A stretch of DNA of 64,000 nucleotides from an uncultured Mycobacterium sp. (lineage in GTDB: Bacteria; Actinomycetota; Actinomycetes; Mycobacteriales; Mycobacteriaceae). A program made the position numbers and the translations under genes. The notes under the pieces were generated by a model. That model worked only from the letters and a program-made list of their open reading frames with translations. It did no database searches and was not told the DNA's origin. Below are positions 58,615-64,000 of this stretch, in pieces. Position 1 is the first letter of the stretch; the number at the start of each line of letters is the position of its first letter. The stretch lies in NCBI GenBank assembly GCA_964463215.1, contig CAYXBN010000005.1, positions 7,187-71,186 of the forward strand, given 5' to 3'.

Positions 58615-60092
58615 CGCATCCGCACCCAGGCGAATAGACCACCCACCCATGCCGCCAAGGGAAGCGCGACGGCGATGGCGACCAACTCCACCCACTCGGC
58701 GACGATTCGTACCAGTGGGGTGAAACGGGTGACCGGCACCAGTAGCGCGGCCGCAAGTCCGGCGCCGGCGAAGAGTGCCAACAAGAGCATTCCCGACAAC
58801 AGCGTGACGACGGAGTCCGGCGGGGAATGCAACACGTAACGGGCCACTCCGCTGCACAGCGCCGCCGCGGCCCCACACACCAGTGCCACTGCCTGCCGTC
58901 GATCGCTGAATGCGCGACCTCGGCTGATGAAGATCACCGCAAGCAGCATCGCCAGGATGGCCGCGCCGGTGGCCTTGGGCTCACCCGGCATCAGTGTGGC
59001 CCACACTGCGATGGGCAACACGATCGCAGCAGCAAGGCATAGTCCGACAAGCACGCTGTTCGCGCGGCGAGCCGCCTCGGCGATCACCGCCCCGCGAGGG
59101 GTGGCGTCGGTGCTGGGTTCATCCTCAAGGTCATCATCGACCGGGCTCACCGCGTCAACCGGCATCCCGTCGCCGCGGTTGAAGAGGTCCCGGCCGGTGA
59201 TCGAGCCGAAATGAGGTGGACGGATCCGGGCCGCCCACAGTGCGATCGTCGGTGCGGTGCTCAGCAGGATAAGAAGCCCGATCAGAGTGCACATACCCAA
59301 TCGCTGCGGGGCAACCGGTTGCCACATCCGCATTGCTGCAACCAGTCCGCCGATGGCACAGAGAGTTCCGGCAGTTGCGGCTGCTGTGACGTAGCGGCCC
59401 GAAACCGCGACCAGGCTGTACATCATCGCAAGGGCCGCAAGTGCCGCAATGAAGAGGTGGGCGCTGCCAACTCGGCCGGGTGCTGCGGCGGCCAGACCGA
59501 TTGCTAATGGGGGCATGGCAAGCCAGGCCAACCCCTCTGCCAATTGCCACCGCTCAGGCCGCAACCGCCGCACTGCGACGGCGCTAAGAGCGGTGGTTGT
59601 TCCGAGTGCGAGAACTGCCGCGGCGGTCACCCAGGTGTCGTTGTGCAGGCGCGTGCGTACGGCCAGAACCAACGCCGCGGTAAGGCTCAAACCCAGGATC
59701 GCCAACGCGGTCATCATGGCGGTCCGGGTGGTGACAGGGGCGAAAAGCTCTTTCCCGGCCCGCGCTAGTCCCGTCGAGAGCGACTCATACTGCGGCTCAA
59801 AGGACTCCCCCGACTGGGCCGCGACTAGGACGAGCGTGGTTCCGTCTTCGACTCCAAGTTCGTCTAACGTTCGCGTGGCGTCGAGGCGGGTCCCGTTAGC
59901 ACGTTGAAGTTCGTAGGCGGTTTCGGTATCCAGCGCCGGGGCACCCCGGCGCTTCAGATCGTCGCTGAGTAGTTCGACAATGTCGTCAAGGAACATCTCA
60001 ACGGGCACTGACGCCGGGTAGACCTGCGAGACGAGGTGTTCGCCGCACACAACCGCTACCGCGCAGCGCACAGGGAACGCGACGGTCGGCAT
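58611..60092 (-). CDS. eccD2: Type VII secretion membrane protein EccD (ESX-2-like)
   Basis: N-terminal ubiquitin-like domain (VYPASVPVEMF...LDELGVEDGTTLVL), about 11 TM segments, LPLAAWVGGLFAWVR. Confidence 0.92.
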   Translation of the reverse strand: MPTVAFPVRCAVAVVCGEHLVSQVYPASVPVEMFLDDIVELLSDDLKRRGAPALDTETAYELQRANGTRLDATRTLDELGVEDGTTLVLVAAQSGESFEPQYESLSTGLARAGKELFAPVTTRTAMMTALAILGLSLTAALVLAVRTRLHNDTWVTAAAVLALGTTTALSAVAVRRLRPERWQLAEGLAWLAMPPLAIGLAAAAPGRVGSAHLFIAALAALAMMYSLVAVSGRYVTAAATAGTLCAIGGLVAAMRMWQPVAPQRLGMCTLIGLLILLSTAPTIALWAARIRPPHFGSITGRDLFNRGDGMPVDAVSPVDDDLEDEPSTDATPRGAVIAEAARRANSVLVGLCLAAAIVLPIAVWATLMPGEPKATGAAILAMLLAVIFISRGRAFSDRRQAVALVCGAAAALCSGVARYVLHSPPDSVVTLLSGMLLLALFAGAGLAAALLVPVTRFTPLVRIVAEWVELVAIAVALPLAAWVGGLFAWVRMR

Positions 60093-61120
60093 CAGCGCGG
60101 CCTATCCGCGTCCGGAGTGTATTTGTCGGCCAGCGATGCGGTTACTTCGAAGAGCCGCAAGCGAGTCTTCTTGTTCAGTTCGTGGGCGGTGTCGATGATG
60201 CCGCCTTTGGCCAGATGTTGGTCATAGGGCATGAATTCGACGGTGGCGCCGGACTGGCTGAAACGTTCGGTGAGGTAATCGCGGGCGTCTTTGTCATAAC
60301 CGTTGCGGCTGTCATTGATGATCACCGTGCTTCGCGAGACCAGTTCGTGGTAACCCATGGCACGCAGCAGGTCGATGGCGCGGGTCACCGGCAATGAAGT
60401 GTCCGCGGTCAGACCCGAGACGAATACCAGGGCATCGCAGGAGTCGAGGACGGCCTTCATCGCCGGGTGCTCGAGGTCGTCGGAAGTGTCGACCAGGATC
60501 ACGTTGTGGGTGCGTCGAAGCCGTGACAGGACTCCGTTGAACATCGCCGGAGTCAGTGGGCGCGGCTGGTCGGATGCGCGGTTCCCGGCCAGGACGTCAA
60601 GGCCGACATTATTCTGTCCAAGATGCTCCCGGATGTCGGCGTAGCCCTGGACATCGGCATCGTTGAGAACCGCTGCGTAGTCACCGGGGGGTGCCTCGTC
60701 AATTCGGCCCGACAGCGTCCCGAAACCCGGTGCGGCGTCGACGGCGACCACATTCTCCGGTCGGCACTCCCGGAATATCGCGCCGACGCAGGCTGTCATC
60801 GTTGTTTTCCCCACACCCCCTTTGCCGGAGACGAAGGCGATCACATACTGCTTGCGGATATGTCGGCGGATTCGTTCGCGTAGCTCGCGGTAGTGGCGTT
60901 CGGATGGAGATTCGCCTGGATTGAGCGTCTTGCCGGAAGCGCTGTAGACAAGCTTCCGCCACCCTGCATCCGGCGGGATCTTCCGGGGCGACACCAAATC
61001 GGAAATGCGCAGGGTCCCGGAGACCGACTCGACGACATTCCGGGGTGGGGATCCGATCGACCCGTGCGGAACACCGACATGAAGGTCGGTGGGATGGATC
61101 TGATTCCAGGGGCTGGTCAT
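60092..61120 (-). CDS. MinD/ParA-family ATPase of ESX loci (Rv3888c/EspI-like)
   Basis: VSGKGGVGKTT deviant Walker A, VAVDAAPGFGTL, MPYDQHLAKGG. Confidence 0.9.
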   Translation of the reverse strand: MTSPWNQIHPTDLHVGVPHGSIGSPPRNVVESVSGTLRISDLVSPRKIPPDAGWRKLVYSASGKTLNPGESPSERHYRELRERIRRHIRKQYVIAFVSGKGGVGKTTMTACVGAIFRECRPENVVAVDAAPGFGTLSGRIDEAPPGDYAAVLNDADVQGYADIREHLGQNNVGLDVLAGNRASDQPRPLTPAMFNGVLSRLRRTHNVILVDTSDDLEHPAMKAVLDSCDALVFVSGLTADTSLPVTRAIDLLRAMGYHELVSRSTVIINDSRNGYDKDARDYLTERFSQSGATVEFMPYDQHLAKGGIIDTAHELNKKTRLRLFEVTASLADKYTPDADRPR

Positions 61121-61954
61121 CTATACGACCTTTCTGTACGAAAACCATTGCTCCTCAGCGGGCAGGTTGCGGAGCATGGACAACACTGCGGACGCGATGG
61201 CTGAGGGTGAACCGGGACTTACGATCATCCAGAACGTCATCCCGCGCTGGACCTGCTCTGACACCACCCGACCGTGGGGGGTGTCGACGATCGTGACTGC
61301 ACCCGGGACGATGTAGGAACGCGCTGGGCCGCCCGCGACCCCGGACTGGATGGCGACGATGGAGGCTTGAGCGGAGCGGGACGTGTCGGCCGCCAGTACG
61401 AGGATCGCGGCCTGGTCACTGTCGATCGTCTGGCTTTCAAGGAATTTTCGAAGGCCCGCTGAATTCCCGACGGCAGAGAGCAGTTGGGCGACATCGAGTG
61501 TCACCGGCTTCAGGGCGGCGGGCGGCAGCTGGCCACAGATTCGCTCGATCTGACTGTTGATCAGCACGGCTGCCGACTGCTCTGTGGTCGAAGTCCCGGC
61601 GCCGCTGAGGCGGATCTGTGTTCCACGCCGCTCCAGGCTTACCCACCACTTCGCGAGCCGGGCAAGAAGGATGCGCTCCGGATCCACTTCAATATCCGGG
61701 GTGCGCACTTGGAGGAGCACTGCGGCGTCTCGTCGGGATAGCACGGTGAGCCACTCCAGGACGGTCCCGTCAACCACTCCGTCGGCGTCAATCACCTCAG
61801 CGGCCCGCAGTTCGGCGGCGACAGGATGTGCCAGCGCCATCTCAGGCTGCTCCACACTGGGAAGGTGCGGGCGCAAACCGAGTTCGGGTGCCAAGACTTC
61901 GATCCCAGTAAGCACCTGCAGCGCCCACAGCCCATCGAGCGTCGTCGTCAACAT
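61121..61954 (-). CDS. espG2: PE/PPE chaperone EspG (ESX-2-like)
   Basis: MLTTTLDGLWALQVLTGIEVLAPELGLRPHLPS, IVDTPHGR, C-terminal WFSYRKVV. Confidence 0.88.
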   Translation of the reverse strand: MLTTTLDGLWALQVLTGIEVLAPELGLRPHLPSVEQPEMALAHPVAAELRAAEVIDADGVVDGTVLEWLTVLSRRDAAVLLQVRTPDIEVDPERILLARLAKWWVSLERRGTQIRLSGAGTSTTEQSAAVLINSQIERICGQLPPAALKPVTLDVAQLLSAVGNSAGLRKFLESQTIDSDQAAILVLAADTSRSAQASIVAIQSGVAGGPARSYIVPGAVTIVDTPHGRVVSEQVQRGMTFWMIVSPGSPSAIASAVLSMLRNLPAEEQWFSYRKVV

Positions 61955-61994
61955 TGTCTTCCTCTGCGGCAAGCCGAGTGACGGCAAAGCCGAA

Positions 61995-62016
61995 GGGGCG
62001 CAGCGTTGTGCGCCCC
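61995..62016 (-). terminator. Hairpin downstream of esxC
   Basis: GGGGCGCA / TGCGCCCC 8-bp arms, followed by TTCGGCTTT on the minus strand. Confidence 0.4.
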
Positions 62017-62038
62017 GCCGGCTGAGCCGTCTTCGGGC

Positions 62039-62326
62039 CTAGAACAGATTGCTCATCTGGATGTCGGTGCTGTGAGCGCCCTCGTTGACGCTGCTGATGG
62101 TCTGGCCGTGCCGATTCATCGTCTGGATGAGGCCCTGCAGTCCCTGCAGCATCTGCATCTGGGCCTCGTGGAACGAGGCTGCGGCAGAGCCTTGGAAGAA
62201 GTCCGCGATGGCGTTGGTGCGCTGCGCGATGTCGTCGTGAATTTCCATCAACTGGGCTGAGCGTGCGCCGACATCGGAGGCAAAGTCCGCCACCGCACCG
62301 TGGTTGTAGGTGATGTTCTGCGACAT
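62039..62326 (-). CDS. esxC: WXG100 protein, EsxC-like
   Basis: ITYNHGAVADFASDVG...DFFQG...QMLQGLQGLI, 95 aa, matching the EsxC pattern with F-x-G in place of W-x-G. Confidence 0.9.
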   Translation of the reverse strand: MSQNITYNHGAVADFASDVGARSAQLMEIHDDIAQRTNAIADFFQGSAAASFHEAQMQMLQGLQGLIQTMNRHGQTISSVNEGAHSTDIQMSNLF

Positions 62327-62357
62327 GGGTTTGTCCTTTCGGTGTTTGGGTTCGGTT

Positions 62358-62663
62358 TCAGGCGTTGGCGGCGAAACTGGACAGGCTGTGAGCCGAGTCG
62401 GTTTCGTGTTGTTCCATCAGCGAGGCTGCCTGGCTCAGGCCGTGTGCCAGGCGTGTTCCGCCAGTGATGGTCTGCTGTAGGTCCGAGTTGATCTGGGCAG
62501 CGGTGTTCACTGACGCCAGCGAAGCCTGACCTCCCCAAACCGCCGAGCCCAGACCCTCATGACTGCTGAGGTACCCGTTGGCGATTGTGGTGGCGTGCTG
62601 CAGTGCCGACTCGATGGCCTGTTGAGTGCTGCGCAGCACTTCTGGGGTGACGATCAGTGTCAT
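62358..62663 (-). CDS. esxD: WXG100 protein, EsxD-like
   Basis: VTPEVLRST...VWGG...GGTRLAHGLSQAASLMEQHETDS; AAGGAG RBS upstream. Confidence 0.88.
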   Translation of the reverse strand: MTLIVTPEVLRSTQQAIESALQHATTIANGYLSSHEGLGSAVWGGQASLASVNTAAQINSDLQQTITGGTRLAHGLSQAASLMEQHETDSAHSLSSFAANA

Positions 62664-62804
62664 ATTCTTTGTTCTCCTTTGCTGATTGAGGTAGCAACCG
62701 ACTCCGCAACGGTGGGAGCGGTTCGAGTATTAGATGGGACCGGGGAACTGTCACTTCACCCTCTAGCAACCTGACTTGAATACACCCCCTCGATCGGAAT
62801 CCCG

Positions 62805-64000
62805 CTACTTGGGCTTCGCGAATTGCTGGTCATCGGTCACGTAAATCCGGGCCTGCGACACACCGGCTTGCCTGTCATCTGCTTTGCCGGGACTGGGCAT
62901 TCCGGCGCGCGCCGGCGTGACCGGCAGCGGTCCCCCCGTTGCGGTCGTGGTCGGCCCGCGTAACTCAGCAGCGCTGAGAAGGCCGGACTTCAAACCCGCT
63001 GGCCTGCCGTTTTCGGGGGCGAAGGCACTGCTCGGCCTCGTGTAACTGGTGAGTCCGGCGCCCGGCGCACCGCCAACTCCGGCCCCGCCGGCAATCCCGC
63101 CACTGGCGACGCCGGCGGGCCCCGCACCAGGCACGACGTGTCCGGAGCCGACACCTCCGGTGGTACCTAGACCACCGGGCGCGCCGACGGCGGAGAGCAT
63201 CGGCGGTGGGACCTCAGCCCCGCCGGTCAGTCCGAATCCGGACTGTCCGGTGAGCTGGCTCAGCATCGACTGTGCCAGGCCGCCCATGCTCTGGGCGGCC
63301 GGAATGGGCGCCTGGAACATCCCCATCAGCGGTTGCACCAGGGACTGCAACGGCTGCGTGGCTGTTGAGGCCAGTTGCCCCGGCTGCCCGACGGCTTCCG
63401 CCGGCGCGGCAACACCGTCAGTGCCCAGCTGTGCAAACTGACCAGCCTCCCCTGCGGCAGCCTGACCAGCGGTCTCAGCGACCGCGGCGGCCGCTGCCAC
63501 CGGGGCGGCCGGCGAGGCCCCAGGAGGGGCAAGGGGCGGCGGGACGGCCAGAGCCGGCAGCAGCGCAGTCAGAGCCGCTCCGTACGCGATACCGGCACTG
63601 GCGTTATGCGGCCAGTGCTCACCAAAATAGATGAGGTCCAGGGCCACGATCACGGGCGTCAGCACACCCAGTACCAGCGGGTTCAGCGCGACATCGGCAG
63701 CTTGTTCAGCGCGATTGGCCAGCGACAGCTCAGCTGGGATCATCGAGGAGACGGCCGTCTCGTACGCGGCGACCGCGCTCGCGGCAACCGGTGCCTTTTC
63801 CTGAGCCCATCCAGCCAGCATGTGCAGGGACGCGTTGAGACCGGTAGCGGTCGAGGCTGAAGCCACACCGCCGACTCCCTCGAAGTTCAAAGCTGTGGCG
63901 GCGGTATTCGCCGTGGACACTGATGCGGCCAGTTCGTCGCTTACCGCCAACGCCTGCCAGATCGCCGCGCTGGCCAGGGTCGTGCCGGTTCCAGCCGCGC
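62805..64000 (-). CDS. PPE-family protein, PPE69-like (5' end beyond the window)
   Basis: Frame open to the window edge (AGTGTTLASAAIWQALAVS...); LHMLAGW, LDLIYFGEHWPHNA, LAVPPP, GLTSYTRP; adjacent to esxD. Confidence 0.88.
   Translation of the reverse strand, partial: AAGTGTTLASAAIWQALAVSDELAASVSTANTAATALNFEGVGGVASASTATGLNASLHMLAGWAQEKAPVAASAVAAYETAVSSMIPAELSLANRAEQAADVALNPLVLGVLTPVIVALDLIYFGEHWPHNASAGIAYGAALTALLPALAVPPPLAPPGASPAAPVAAAAAVAETAGQAAAGEAGQFAQLGTDGVAAPAEAVGQPGQLASTATQPLQSLVQPLMGMFQAPIPAAQSMGGLAQSMLSQLTGQSGFGLTGGAEVPPPMLSAVGAPGGLGTTGGVGSGHVVPGAGPAGVASGGIAGGAGVGGAPGAGLTSYTRPSSAFAPENGRPAGLKSGLLSAAELRGPTTTATGGPLPVTPARAGMPSPGKADDRQAGVSQARIYVTDDQQFAKPK

Noticed and set aside
62190-62215. 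F-x-G instead of W-x-G in the esxC product as a sign of decay
   Set aside because: EsxC orthologues carry this variant as I recall, so it supports the ESX-2 assignment.

Overview
High-GC mycobacterial chromosome segment, orthologous to M. tuberculosis Rv3777-Rv3811 (orthology recognised from memory of the protein families, not from a database search). It carries the core cell-envelope locus: bpa, wzt-glfT1-wzm, gtrA, dprE1-dprE2-aftA, embC-embA-embB, fadD32-pks13-accD4, cut6, fbpD/fbpA, aftB-ubiA-phosphatase-glfT2-glf, erp and the Rv3811 amidase. Accessory insertions are (i) an antisense vapBC toxin-antitoxin pair between aftA and embC, sharing a 26-bp divergent control region with embC; (ii) a DUF222/HNH gene with a LexA-box-like site, an orphan fused ABC exporter, a Corynebacterium-type PtsG, a Ser/Thr kinase and a SCO6745-family gene between embB and accD4; and (iii) from 53.5 kb to the end, a compositionally distinct ESX-2-like type VII secretion locus (eccA, eccE, mycP, eccD, espI-like, espG, esxC, esxD, partial PPE) directly abutting Rv3811. 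Gene content (no Rv3779, PTS present) suggests a rapid grower, where ESX-2 is not expected. The fbpD/MPT51 copy keeps the catalytic Ser and His that M. tuberculosis MPT51 lacks. No CRISPR array, rRNA or tRNA was seen.
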